64,000 nt of DNA from Minisyncoccia bacterium (lineage in GTDB: Bacteria; Patescibacteriota; Minisyncoccia; Phycocordibacterales; Phycocordibacteraceae). The translations under genes and the position numbers were made by a program. Below are positions 10,179 to 19,870 of this stretch, piece after piece; positions within the stretch are counted from its first letter, which is position 1; every line of letters begins with the position of its first letter. The notes beneath the pieces are model-generated. The model searched no databases. It worked only from the letters and a program-made list of their open reading frames with translations, and had not been told where the DNA came from. The DNA is taken from assembly GCA_038228545.1 (NCBI GenBank), contig JBBRPE010000002.1, positions 22,426 to 86,425 on the forward strand, given 5' to 3'.

Positions 10179-10610
10179 TCAGCGATTCCTTTGTCCCGCG
10201 TCCATAGCTTTATTCGCGAGTGCATCGGCATCTTTATTAAATTCACGAAGCACATGTATGTATTCCACGTGCGGAAAGGACCGGGCAATAATATTCTTTA
10301 CCTCCATATACCGCGGAACAAGGTTCGGGTGTTTCACTTTGTAGTTCCCTTTCAGCTGCTCGATGACGAGCTTGCTGTCCATCTTTATGGTGAGCTTCGA
10401 TTCTTGCAGATGTTCAGCGAGATATTCGTCGCGCAGTTTCGTAAGGCCACGCAGTATCGCTTCGTACTCCGCAATATTGTTCGTAGCAACTCCGAGATAG
10501 TCTGCAACTTCGATAACGCGTTTCCCAAGGTTATCGAATACCACCGCTCCAGCCCCGGCTGGCCCCGGGTTCCCGCGCGAACCGCCATCGGCATAGAGGG
10601 TGAAATGCAT
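10179..10610 (-). CDS. rnhA: Ribonuclease HI family protein
   Basis: YADGGSRGNPG, TNNIAEYEA, DSKLV, NKDADALAN. Confidence 0.9.
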   Translation of the reverse strand: MHFTLYADGGSRGNPGPAGAGAVVFDNLGKRVIEVADYLGVATNNIAEYEAILRGLTKLRDEYLAEHLQESKLTIKMDSKLVIEQLKGNYKVKHPNLVPRYMEVKNIIARSFPHVEYIHVLREFNKDADALANKAMDAGQRNR

Positions 10611-10629
10611 GTAGGAAGTATACCTGGGG

Positions 10630-12363
10630 CTACGTAATGGCAACCAGTCGAAGACGAACGGGTCGGCCTTTCGTAAACATATCGCGTTCAAGGTTTGCGA
10701 GTATGTTCGCCGTCTTCCCTGCTTCGAGCGTGTCGCATATTTTCCCGAGCTCACGATGTGCATAGAATGCAATGCCCTCCATCGGTCGTTCCGTGAAATC
10801 TTCTACGGCAGGCTGGACGCGTATACGAAGGTGTTCGTTCGACTTCCCAAACCAGGAAACTTCTTTGAGAACCACGCCCCTGAATGCAAAAGACGGCTTT
10901 GGATTACCCATGCCGTAGGGAGCAAGGCGCTCTATTTTACCGAGAAGTGTGTGCGTTGCCTCGTGTGTACCGAGGTGTGCGTCAGCGGTTGAGAATAAGT
11001 CACTCGCTTCGCGCTTGGGCAACCGAGCAAGCGCCTCGCACAAACGTTCGCCAAACGTAAACACTGCATCCGGAGCAACGGTGAAGCCGCCCGCTGCTGC
11101 GTGGCCCCCGAACTGACTGAACGTATCTCCTGCTTCGGTCATAAGTTCCACGACATGGATATTACCGGGACCTCCTCGACACGAACCCTTCAGTACACTG
11201 CTGCCTTCACGCCCCCATAAGAAAACTGGACGGTCATACTCTTCCGAAATACCGCTGGCAACAAGACCAAGAAGCCCCGGCCGCCAATCAGGATCACCGA
11301 GCGCAATCACGCTCGGTATCGCTCCTTCCGTTTTCAGTACGTCGAGCTTCTCGTGTACGGCGCGCGTAATAGCACCTGCAGCCGCGCGACGTGAACGATT
11401 AACACTTTCGAGTTTCTTTGCGAGCATATCCGCTTCAACTTCATCACTCGTCGTGAAAAGAGTAAACGCATCGCGCGGGTCGCCCATGCGTGACGCGGCA
11501 TTCACTCGAGGAGCAATCATAAACGCCACATCGTCTTCCGTAATTGAGCGTTGTTCCACACGTGCACTTTTGCAGAGTTTTTGAAAACCGAGACGCGGTG
11601 ATTTACGCATGACCATGAGTCCATACTTTGCGATGACACGGTTCTCACCCGTAAGTGGAACCATGTCCGCAATAGTCGCGAGCCCTGCCATATCAAGTAA
11701 CCACTTCTCCCAACCCTCCGGAATATCCGCACGTCCGGTGAAGCCATGCGCGAGAACTGCACACGCCGTCTTCCATGCGAGTCCGGCTCCGCACAACTCT
11801 CGGTACTGATACGTTTCTCCGTCCTGCTTCGGGTCAACAACTGCGAACGCGGGCGGAAGTGTTTCTCCGGGAAGGTGATGATCCGTCACGATAACTTCCA
11901 TACCAAGCTCGTTAGCACGCGCCACTGCTGCAACGTCGGTGATACCTGAATCCACAGTGATGATGAGTTTCGTTCCTTCACTAGCTAGCTTTTCAATTCC
12001 CATGACATTCACGCCATACCCTTCGTTGTGACGATGCGGTATGTAATTCGTAAAATTCGCTCCAGCTTTCTTAAAGAAGTCATGGAGTATGACGCCACCG
12101 GGAATGCCATCACAGTCATAGTCGCTCCAAACCGTGATACGTTCAGTGTCATTTATTGCGCGAGCAATCCGCTCTGCAGCTTTCGGCATATTGAGTATGC
12201 CCATAGGGTCATGAATATGGTCGTCGTACGACGGAGTAAGAAAGGCCTCGGCCGCTTCGGCGGTGATGATGCCACGACGTGCAAGAAGTCCTGCAGTAAA
12301 ATCATCGTGCTCTTTGAGAGCATCGCGCGTCGCGTCGTCTAAGGCATCGTGGAGTGGGAACAT
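10630..12363 (-). CDS. recJ: ssDNA-specific exonuclease RecJ
   Basis: DYDCDG, TDHH, GGHAAAGG and PYGMGNP motifs. Confidence 0.95.
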   Translation of the reverse strand: MFPLHDALDDATRDALKEHDDFTAGLLARRGIITAEAAEAFLTPSYDDHIHDPMGILNMPKAAERIARAINDTERITVWSDYDCDGIPGGVILHDFFKKAGANFTNYIPHRHNEGYGVNVMGIEKLASEGTKLIITVDSGITDVAAVARANELGMEVIVTDHHLPGETLPPAFAVVDPKQDGETYQYRELCGAGLAWKTACAVLAHGFTGRADIPEGWEKWLLDMAGLATIADMVPLTGENRVIAKYGLMVMRKSPRLGFQKLCKSARVEQRSITEDDVAFMIAPRVNAASRMGDPRDAFTLFTTSDEVEADMLAKKLESVNRSRRAAAGAITRAVHEKLDVLKTEGAIPSVIALGDPDWRPGLLGLVASGISEEYDRPVFLWGREGSSVLKGSCRGGPGNIHVVELMTEAGDTFSQFGGHAAAGGFTVAPDAVFTFGERLCEALARLPKREASDLFSTADAHLGTHEATHTLLGKIERLAPYGMGNPKPSFAFRGVVLKEVSWFGKSNEHLRIRVQPAVEDFTERPMEGIAFYAHRELGKICDTLEAGKTANILANLERDMFTKGRPVRLRLVAIT

Positions 12364-12409
12364 AGTCCGCTGATTGTATCAAACTGGGCCGTCCTGGTAT
12401 TCTCTGTAT

Positions 12410-12871
12410 ATGAAAGACTGTCTTTTTTGCTCCATCGTCGCGGGAACCATCCCATCCCATCAGATCTGGGAGAGCGACACACACCTCGCATTCCTCACCA
12501 TTTTTCCAAACACCGAAGGTGTGACGGTGGTAATCCCAAAAGAACATTACCCAAGTTATGCCTTCGCTCTGTCCGACGTTGCACTTACTGAGCTTATGCT
12601 TGCAACAAAAAAAGTAGCGCAATTACTCGACAAAGCACTTACTGACGTAGGTCGCACTGCACTAGTATTTGAGGGATTTGGTGTCGACCATGTGCACGCA
12701 AAACTGTACCCCATGCACGGAACAGAAAATATGGAGCATTGGAAACCAATCGAGTCGAGCATTGATAAATATTTCTTAACGTACGAAGGCTACGTCTCGT
12801 CACACGACTACAGACGAGCCGATGATGCAGAGTTGGCCGCACTAGCTGAAAAGATTCGTTCGGCTAGTTAA
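12410..12871 (+). CDS. HIT family hydrolase
   Basis: DCLFCSIV start; HVHAKL histidine-triad variant. Confidence 0.85.
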   Translation: MKDCLFCSIVAGTIPSHQIWESDTHLAFLTIFPNTEGVTVVIPKEHYPSYAFALSDVALTELMLATKKVAQLLDKALTDVGRTALVFEGFGVDHVHAKLYPMHGTENMEHWKPIESSIDKYFLTYEGYVSSHDYRRADDAELAALAEKIRSAS

Positions 12872-13997
12872 GTGCATCGATTCCCGGCAAGCTTCCATTC
12901 GCAAGGAAGTCGAGCATTGCGCCACCGCCTGTTGAGACGAATGAAAATTTGGAAAGGAGGCCGAGTGCATCGACGGCAGCCACAGTATCGCCTCCGCCGA
13001 GAATGCTGTGTGCTTTTGAATTCGTAACCGCGTCTGCAAGTTGTTTGGTTCCTTCCGTAAATCCGTTTTCGTATCTGCCAAGAGGGCCATTCCAGAGAAT
13101 AGTTTTTGCCTTCTGAATCAACGGCAGGAGTTCGCGTATCGTCTCTGGTCCGACATCGAGCATCGCTTCGTTATCAGCGACCCCACCAATAGCGACCGCG
13201 TGTCCTTCGTCTTTTTTTCCGTCTCGCGGGGCGACAATGACATCATGAGGAAGCAGTAGTTCCGGCATACGTACCAGTTTCTTAATCTCGGTAGCATCCG
13301 CATCTGAAACGAGCGACGTTCCGACTGCATACCCCTGTGCATGAATGAAATCGTTCGCGAGGGCACCTCCCACAAACACGTGTGTGTATTTTTTAAGGAG
13401 CGCCACAAGCACAGGCTCTTTAGTAGAAAACTTCGCACCGCCTATTATTGCGAGGGCAGGACGCTTGGGAAGAAGTGCTTTCTTAAGCTGTTTCACCTCT
13501 TCTTCCACGAGGAATCCTGCGTAGGAAGGTAAGAGCTTCGGAACGCCTACGACGGACGCATGTGTGCGGTGACACACATCAAACGAATCCTCAACGAACA
13601 CGTCCGCAAGCGATGCGAGGTCTGCGGCAAACTCAGCATTATTCATTACTTCCCCCCGATGCCGACGCAAATTCTCGAGCAGGAGTACGTCGCCCGGCTT
13701 CATGGCACGCACCGCTTCACGAGCTTCCTTTCCTATGGAATAGGAACAGAACTCGAGAGTTGGCACGAATGTCTTAAGCGCTCGATACACCGGCTCGAAT
13801 GTTTCTGTTCCTTTCTCGCCAATGTGGCCACAGAGTATTACGCGGGCACCTTTTTTCTGCAGGTACTCAATGGTCGGGAGAGCTTGTCGAAGGCGAAATG
13901 TATTCGTTACCGTATTGTTTTCAATCGGTGCGTTAAGCGCAGCGCGCACCAACACCGGTACGTTCTTGAGCTTTGGTATCTTGCGAACGCTTCGCAT
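12864..13997 (-). CDS. pgk: Phosphoglycerate kinase
   Basis: LLENLR, GGAKFSTK, WNGPLG, GGGDT, STGGGA. Confidence 0.95.
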   Translation of the reverse strand: MRSVRKIPKLKNVPVLVRAALNAPIENNTVTNTFRLRQALPTIEYLQKKGARVILCGHIGEKGTETFEPVYRALKTFVPTLEFCSYSIGKEAREAVRAMKPGDVLLLENLRRHRGEVMNNAEFAADLASLADVFVEDSFDVCHRTHASVVGVPKLLPSYAGFLVEEEVKQLKKALLPKRPALAIIGGAKFSTKEPVLVALLKKYTHVFVGGALANDFIHAQGYAVGTSLVSDADATEIKKLVRMPELLLPHDVIVAPRDGKKDEGHAVAIGGVADNEAMLDVGPETIRELLPLIQKAKTILWNGPLGRYENGFTEGTKQLADAVTNSKAHSILGGGDTVAAVDALGLLSKFSFVSTGGGAMLDFLANGSLPGIDALN

Positions 13998-14001
13998 GTC
14001 T

Positions 14002-14748
14002 CTAGGAAGTAACTGCTTTTACTATTCCTCCGAATGAGAGTGCATCCGTACTAGCTCGTCCAATGAGAAAACCGTCTATGCCGGTTGCACCAGCAAGTAC
14101 ACGTGCATTACCGGGCTCTACTGAACCTCCGTAGAGAATGCGGATTTTTTCCGCTCCCGTGCCGGGCAAATACTCACCGAGAATCTTTCGTATATAAAGC
14201 ACCATTTCTTGTAAATCTTCTGGTGTAATGGCCTCCGCAGCTGACTTTCCAATCGCCCAAATTGGCTCATAGGCAATAACTAGCCGCATGCGTTCTTTCT
14301 GAGACAGTGGTTCCAGAACCGTTGCAAGTTCCGCACGTAATTCATTCAAATAGTGCGCTTCTGCATCGCGCTCGCGCTCACCGATACACACGATAGGCGT
14401 AAGTCCGTGCGCAAGCGCACGCTTCACCTTTTCGAGCACCATCATGTTCGTCTCGCCCACTGCACGTCGTTCGGAGTGGCCGATAATCGTGTACTGGACT
14501 CCCATACCAGCTATGGTTGCTGCGGTGACTTCTCCCGTAGCTGCTCCGCCCAGAGAAGCTGAGACATCCTGCGCAGCAAATTCAACACTTGAACGGTTAC
14601 CGCCAGCAAGAAAGCCAAGATGTGGCGAGGAAGGAGCGAGCACGATGTCGTGATGGCCTGCCGCAGAAAGACGCTTTCCAACGGCATAGAGACGTTTTGC
14701 TTTTTCGAGTGTTTCTACGTAGGCTTTCCAGTTTCCGACGATAAGCAT
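14002..14748 (-). CDS. tpiA: Triosephosphate isomerase
   Basis: GNWK, GHSERR, AYEPIWAIG, LYGGSV. Confidence 0.96.
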   Translation of the reverse strand: MLIVGNWKAYVETLEKAKRLYAVGKRLSAAGHHDIVLAPSSPHLGFLAGGNRSSVEFAAQDVSASLGGAATGEVTAATIAGMGVQYTIIGHSERRAVGETNMMVLEKVKRALAHGLTPIVCIGERERDAEAHYLNELRAELATVLEPLSQKERMRLVIAYEPIWAIGKSAAEAITPEDLQEMVLYIRKILGEYLPGTGAEKIRILYGGSVEPGNARVLAGATGIDGFLIGRASTDALSFGGIVKAVTS

Positions 14749-14878
14749 ACGAGCATGATACCACTGGGGCCACCTACTCTACCCGACCGTAAAACTCTTA
14801 GAGAGAAGGTGTGAACAACCGAGGAGTGCAGACGACGATAGGGGGCTATAACACGGGATTTAAGAGATGTACTGATAT

Positions 14879-16303
14879 TTACTTCTGACGCCAATCAATG
14901 AACTTATAGTCTGTCGACGTGTACGGCGTAAAGGGCGGAGGGTCAGTAGCTATGCGCCTGTCGTAGGAGTCGATACGGGTCTGGTAGCCACCATCCGAAC
15001 CTCCACAGCCGTTTATCCATTTGGTTCCTGTGCGTTTATTGGAAACCGTCGTCCCAAGAATGGTAAGAGTGCCTCGTGGTTCATAGGTTCCAGGGCAGTT
15101 ATACAAGTTTCTTCCGAAGGCACCGCCCTGAGCTATAAAAATGCCGTTCATGGTCATGTTGTTCGGTGAATCGGCTGTGACGAGAACATCATTTTCAGCA
15201 ATAAGCGTGAGACCGGCCGTGCCATTGTAGGCTGAATATATAACGTTTCCGCGCACATTCGCGTTCGGTGCGATTCCGGCATGCGTAACGTCAGCAGCGA
15301 CGAGAGTAACTTTGCTGTTAATGGTTCCTTCCACCCACACATCGTCTTCAACAAAAATGAGTCCGCAACCGGAAGGAATGGTGTAGACACCGGTCGGGTG
15401 GGTACCGTCGTTATAAATAGCCTCGCTTGAAATGACCGTGTAGTCGGTGACTTGGCCACCGCTTGAGTTATCGACTGGATACGATTGTATATTGCTGGTG
15501 CTATTTACCTTTTTTACCGTCACGGTTCCATTGCCGTTAAAAATGAGGTGATAGCCACGGCTCGCATTGGTTGTTCCGTTAGTCGCAAAGAAAAGTCCGG
15601 TTGCACTTGCCGTTGTTTTAAGCGAAGTGAAATTTGCAGAAATGGCACTGAAGTCGACTTGCGGCGACGGAAAATTCCAGAGGTTTTGATTGGGACCGGC
15701 GCCGAAGACACCATTCTTAGTCGCGGTCGGACTACAACCATACGACGAAGTGCAGGACCACGTAGCAAGTGAGCTGGTGACAGGTGAGTTTGCCGTACCG
15801 TCCATGCGAATACCGCCGTTGGAGTGATAGGGTCCGTTAATAACACGGTCGGATCCGGCCCATACGGAGTCGTTGATGATGTAGGAGTACTGCCCCACCG
15901 TTGGGCGAGCATAGCGCGCCGAAACCGTCGCTGAGCTATTGCTTCCGGCAGGCGTCCCGGTGGAGCGCATGTCGACGGACGTTAGTGTTCCGCACGAAGA
16001 GTTTCCCGTTATGGAAAGGGATATGGTTCCGGCCGGTCCTCCTTCCGGGTCGTTGTAAGCAAGTGAGTAGGGGCCCGGTTGTCCCGTTCCGTTTTGCATG
16101 TCATTCGGATAATGAGCAAGGAACCAGCGGTAATATTCAATACCTGCCTCTGCAATGGTGAGCGCCTTACTCTTGTCGGTCTGCGATGTCTGCAGTTTGT
16201 TTTCTGTAAGTACAAAACTTGAGAGCGCAAATATAACAGTAAGAAATATAGAGCCAAACACGATGGCAAGAAGCATGAGGTAGCCGCGAGGTTCAGTAGT
16301 CAT
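14879..16303 (-). CDS. PilX-like minor pilin / pilus-associated protein
   Basis: RG|YLML prepilin-like N-terminus, AEAGIEY motif, beta-rich extracellular body. Confidence 0.75.
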   Translation of the reverse strand: MTTEPRGYLMLLAIVFGSIFLTVIFALSSFVLTENKLQTSQTDKSKALTIAEAGIEYYRWFLAHYPNDMQNGTGQPGPYSLAYNDPEGGPAGTISLSITGNSSCGTLTSVDMRSTGTPAGSNSSATVSARYARPTVGQYSYIINDSVWAGSDRVINGPYHSNGGIRMDGTANSPVTSSLATWSCTSSYGCSPTATKNGVFGAGPNQNLWNFPSPQVDFSAISANFTSLKTTASATGLFFATNGTTNASRGYHLIFNGNGTVTVKKVNSTSNIQSYPVDNSSGGQVTDYTVISSEAIYNDGTHPTGVYTIPSGCGLIFVEDDVWVEGTINSKVTLVAADVTHAGIAPNANVRGNVIYSAYNGTAGLTLIAENDVLVTADSPNNMTMNGIFIAQGGAFGRNLYNCPGTYEPRGTLTILGTTVSNKRTGTKWINGCGGSDGGYQTRIDSYDRRIATDPPPFTPYTSTDYKFIDWRQK

Positions 16304-16304
16304 G

Positions 16305-16904
16305 TTATTGAGCGCGTAGGTTACGAAGAGTCGCTGTCTCTTGGAGAGTAAGGATATCCGGAGCGCGGAGCGGGTTTAAATCAACCATAACGGATGTCGA
16401 GATGGAAGAAATTTGTGACACGTCCACGGTTGTTGTAGTCGCCAATTCACTGCCATCACTATCATAGTAACGGAACAGTGGCGTCGTGGAACTGTTCCGG
16501 ACGTACGTAGCTATCGTCGTCGTGGCTTCCTTCTGGCCTGTGTACGTTGGCGGACTCGACGTGGAATCCGTCACGCCTCGATAAAATGTGGTACCGAGCA
16601 CATAGAGTCGTATGCGTTCTACCGTTCCGTCTCCATCCACGTCGCTATAGAACGTAATGGTCGACGTTGCTGCACTGGCAATCGGATATGAGCCGTCATC
16701 TCCATACGATGCCTCACGTAAATCCTGAAACGAGGTACGCAGACCACGATGCGCACTGTCGATAGCGGAAGATTGTTGTAATAAGTACGCATTGTCTTTA
16801 TAGAAATTGGCGATAAGCGTGTTGATGGTTAAACCGAGCATGGCCGTAACCGCCACAACGACGATTGATTCAATGATAGTGAAGCCTCGAAGTGAAGTGT
16901 GCAT
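16305..16904 (-). CDS. Type IV minor pilin (PilW-like)
   Basis: RG|FTIIE class III signal peptide. Confidence 0.85.
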   Translation of the reverse strand: MHTSLRGFTIIESIVVVAVTAMLGLTINTLIANFYKDNAYLLQQSSAIDSAHRGLRTSFQDLREASYGDDGSYPIASAATSTITFYSDVDGDGTVERIRLYVLGTTFYRGVTDSTSSPPTYTGQKEATTTIATYVRNSSTTPLFRYYDSDGSELATTTTVDVSQISSISTSVMVDLNPLRAPDILTLQETATLRNLRAQ

Positions 16905-16905
16905 A

Positions 16906-18621
16906 CTACGGGAAGGAAGCGAGGTAGAACGTATCGCCGGAAATTGAAATGTTTGCGAAGGCAGTTGTCGTATAGCCGCTTTTAGCAATGGTAACGGTGT
17001 AGGTACCGGATGAGAGTGCACCGAAGTACGATGCTCCACACGAGGAGGTGTCGACATCTTGTGTGAATCCGGATTTAGAAAGCGTTACCGTAGCACCGGT
17101 CACGATAGCTCCGGTACTGTCGTGAACGGTCACCAAGATTGCGTTCGAGGTGTTCGGTCCTAGGTACAGAAGATTCGTACTACTCGATCCAGAAGCAAGC
17201 GAATACGGTGGAGCGGTACAGGCATCGATGACGTCATAGCCAGAAAGCGTGAACGCATACGAATCCCACTCGAGCGGAAGTGTGCTCGTACCCACGCCGT
17301 TGGTTGTCGTTGCGATACTAGTCTTATAAATAGGAGCACCACCGCCCGTTGAGCCAACCGTCTTGTTCCCGGTAAGGGCGAAGGAGACGTTCGGCACCGG
17401 TATAGGCCCTACGAGAGAATTGATGCTCCAGTCGGCAATAGAAGGCGTGGTGGTGGTTGCATTCGTTGCAAGCTCCGCCGAGAGACCGAGCGATGGATAC
17501 GTGGTGGTGGAAATTCCCGAGAGAGTAATCGAACTCCCGGAGAAGCCCGTTGCATTGCCGGCAAGCGCGCTGTCCGGTAGAAGGGTCCCCGTGCCGTCGG
17601 TAACGTGCACAAGTACGCTTGTGCCGGACGGAGTTGAGATGGTCGTGCTTGCACTCGTCCATCCTGCGAGATACCCCGGTGTAAACGCGGTCGAGCGGGC
17701 AGTTCCGGCGAGAGAATACCCACTTCCCCCGCTCGCAAGAACTAACGAGCCACCGGAGACTACCGTGTTCGACTGATTTGCGAGCATCGTCGCATTCGCA
17801 AAGGTATCGAGTGTTGTTGTTGCCTTAATTGGATACAGCGTTGTAAGCGTCATGGATGCGAGCATATCGATAGCAAACGTACTTGCGGTGGTTTGATTCT
17901 TTACCACGGTGAGATAGCCCGGTGTTGGGTTCTGATTTGTACCATCGCGCACGTAGGTTTGTGCACTTGAGTAGCCTGTTTTAGAAACATAGATTTGATA
18001 CTGCGTCGACGTTGTGGCACCCCCAAGGAAGACTACCCCACTTGAGTCGCTGAATGTCGTTAGGTCGACGGTCGGAGAGCTACTGGCATTTACTACATGC
18101 ACCGCAGCGCCCGCTACCCCGACACCTCCTGAATTAACGACGAGTATCTTGAGTGTTCCGCCGTTGGTGGTTGTTTCTATGGAAAGCGGTGCGTAGTTTG
18201 AGACCAAGTCCACCTCTCGAGTCGTATTACGTATCGTGTACGTCACCGCAACTTTTATACGTTTGTAGTCTGTCGTAATGCCGTTGGTGTCGGATGTTGA
18301 CGTGCCGTCAGCCGGGTCGTCGACATATTCTATGAAGGTTCGCACTCCATAAGGAATGGAATTTTCAGTTGTGGTTGAGTACTGGGGAATAGCCCCTGAA
18401 GGAATACCGCCAACAGTTCCTACTGAGTCGTAGGGCAACGAGCGAATATATTCCATTTGATTATTGGCGACGGCCGTTCCGCCCGCCTTTGCTTTTGCGA
18501 GCGACGAGACGAGAAGGGTCGCTCGGAGAAGTCCGATGAGCGAAAGAAATATAACCAGCACGAGTGCGGAGCCGACAACGACATCGATGAGAGAAACGCC
18601 TCGCAGAGGACGAAATGTCAT
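16906..18621 (-). CDS. Large minor pilin with carboxypeptidase-regulatory-like beta-sandwich domains
   Basis: RG|VSLID prepilin motif; two GATV...SKxGY-type repeats; Ser/Thr-rich. Confidence 0.75.
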   Translation of the reverse strand: MTFRPLRGVSLIDVVVGSALVLVIFLSLIGLLRATLLVSSLAKAKAGGTAVANNQMEYIRSLPYDSVGTVGGIPSGAIPQYSTTTENSIPYGVRTFIEYVDDPADGTSTSDTNGITTDYKRIKVAVTYTIRNTTREVDLVSNYAPLSIETTTNGGTLKILVVNSGGVGVAGAAVHVVNASSSPTVDLTTFSDSSGVVFLGGATTSTQYQIYVSKTGYSSAQTYVRDGTNQNPTPGYLTVVKNQTTASTFAIDMLASMTLTTLYPIKATTTLDTFANATMLANQSNTVVSGGSLVLASGGSGYSLAGTARSTAFTPGYLAGWTSASTTISTPSGTSVLVHVTDGTGTLLPDSALAGNATGFSGSSITLSGISTTTYPSLGLSAELATNATTTTPSIADWSINSLVGPIPVPNVSFALTGNKTVGSTGGGAPIYKTSIATTTNGVGTSTLPLEWDSYAFTLSGYDVIDACTAPPYSLASGSSSTNLLYLGPNTSNAILVTVHDSTGAIVTGATVTLSKSGFTQDVDTSSCGASYFGALSSGTYTVTIAKSGYTTTAFANISISGDTFYLASFP

Positions 18622-18648
18622 ACCAGCATGATAGCGCACCGTCTTCGG

Positions 18649-19866
18649 TTAAATCTTCGAGGAAAGGGAGTAAATCGGGGTAATCATCGCGAGTGCAAAT
18701 ATACCGACGGCCACACCAATAACGAGCATGAGCATTGGTTCGATGATGGTCGAGAGATCCTTGGTACGCTCTTCCACATCATTCTCGTAGTACTCGGCAA
18801 CCTGCGAAAGCATATCGGCAACTTTTCCGGTCTCCTCGCCCACAGATATCATGTCAGCAATAAAGAAGGGATACAGCTTGGGATGATTCTCAAAGGCCTT
18901 TGAGAGTGCCTCACCTTTCTTTACGAGTACACCTGCCTCGCCAATAACTTTTCCGAAGACATTATCCCCTACCACCTCTTCTGCGATCTCTATTGCAGAG
19001 AGCATCTCAACGCCGGAAGAAAGGAGCGAGGCGAGTGCACGTGCGGCACGTGCTCCGAACGTTTCTCGCACGAGTTCACCTATGACCGGCAGGTGGAGTG
19101 CCACGGTTAGAATAATTCGCCCGCCTATTTTCGAGTGGGTGAATGCATATATAACACCAAAAAAGACACCGAGAATCACGAACACAAGAGGGGCATTGTG
19201 TGCTGTGAAGTCGGAAGCGCCGATAATAACGCGTGTTGCCAGTGGGAGAGCGACATTAAGAGATTTAAAGGTGGCAGAAAGCGTTGGCACCACATACATA
19301 AGCATGAGAACACCGATGATAAGAATGGCAGAAAGGATAATACCCGGATAAATCATCGCTCCTTTGATTTTCTTCTCGAGCGTAAACGAACGGTCCATCT
19401 GGCGCGCCACCACTTTGAGCGCATCGGCAAGTGTTCCTGATTCTTCCCCCGCCTTTGTCATCGCAATGAAGAGTTTCGAGAAAATCTTGCTGTGTAGCAT
19501 GAGTGCCTCATGGAAGCCGGTGCCTTTTTTCACCTGTTCTTCGAGGTCATTCACTATTTTCTTGAGATTTTTGTTTCTAGACTGACGCTCAATAACCGAA
19601 AGCGCGCGCGAAAGCGTAAGGCCTGCCGCGAGCATGGCTGAAAGATTCTTAGTGAATGTGATGCGCTCTTCGGTCTTGATTCCAGTGCCGATATTGAATG
19701 ACGCGAGTTTGCGAAGTGAAAAGCCCTTCCCTCCCCCCTCTTCTATAGAGAGGACCATTGCGCCCTCTTTTTCAGCATCGCCGTATACCGCAAAGCGTGA
19801 TGGCGCTTCCATCTCGCGTGTCTCTTCGCTTCCATCTTCCTTCTTGAGTTTTACTTTGAATTTCAT
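18649..19866 (-). CDS. pilC: Type IV pilus platform protein PilC/GspF
   Basis: AGEESGTL, AMIYP, VGEETG, IIEP motifs. Confidence 0.93.
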   Translation of the reverse strand: MKFKVKLKKEDGSEETREMEAPSRFAVYGDAEKEGAMVLSIEEGGGKGFSLRKLASFNIGTGIKTEERITFTKNLSAMLAAGLTLSRALSVIERQSRNKNLKKIVNDLEEQVKKGTGFHEALMLHSKIFSKLFIAMTKAGEESGTLADALKVVARQMDRSFTLEKKIKGAMIYPGIILSAILIIGVLMLMYVVPTLSATFKSLNVALPLATRVIIGASDFTAHNAPLVFVILGVFFGVIYAFTHSKIGGRIILTVALHLPVIGELVRETFGARAARALASLLSSGVEMLSAIEIAEEVVGDNVFGKVIGEAGVLVKKGEALSKAFENHPKLYPFFIADMISVGEETGKVADMLSQVAEYYENDVEERTKDLSTIIEPMLMLVIGVAVGIFALAMITPIYSLSSKI

Positions 19867-19870
19867 AGTG

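Noticed and set aside
14749-14878. 130-bp gap upstream of tpiA as an ncRNA
   Set aside because: No convincing stems or known motif found by eye.
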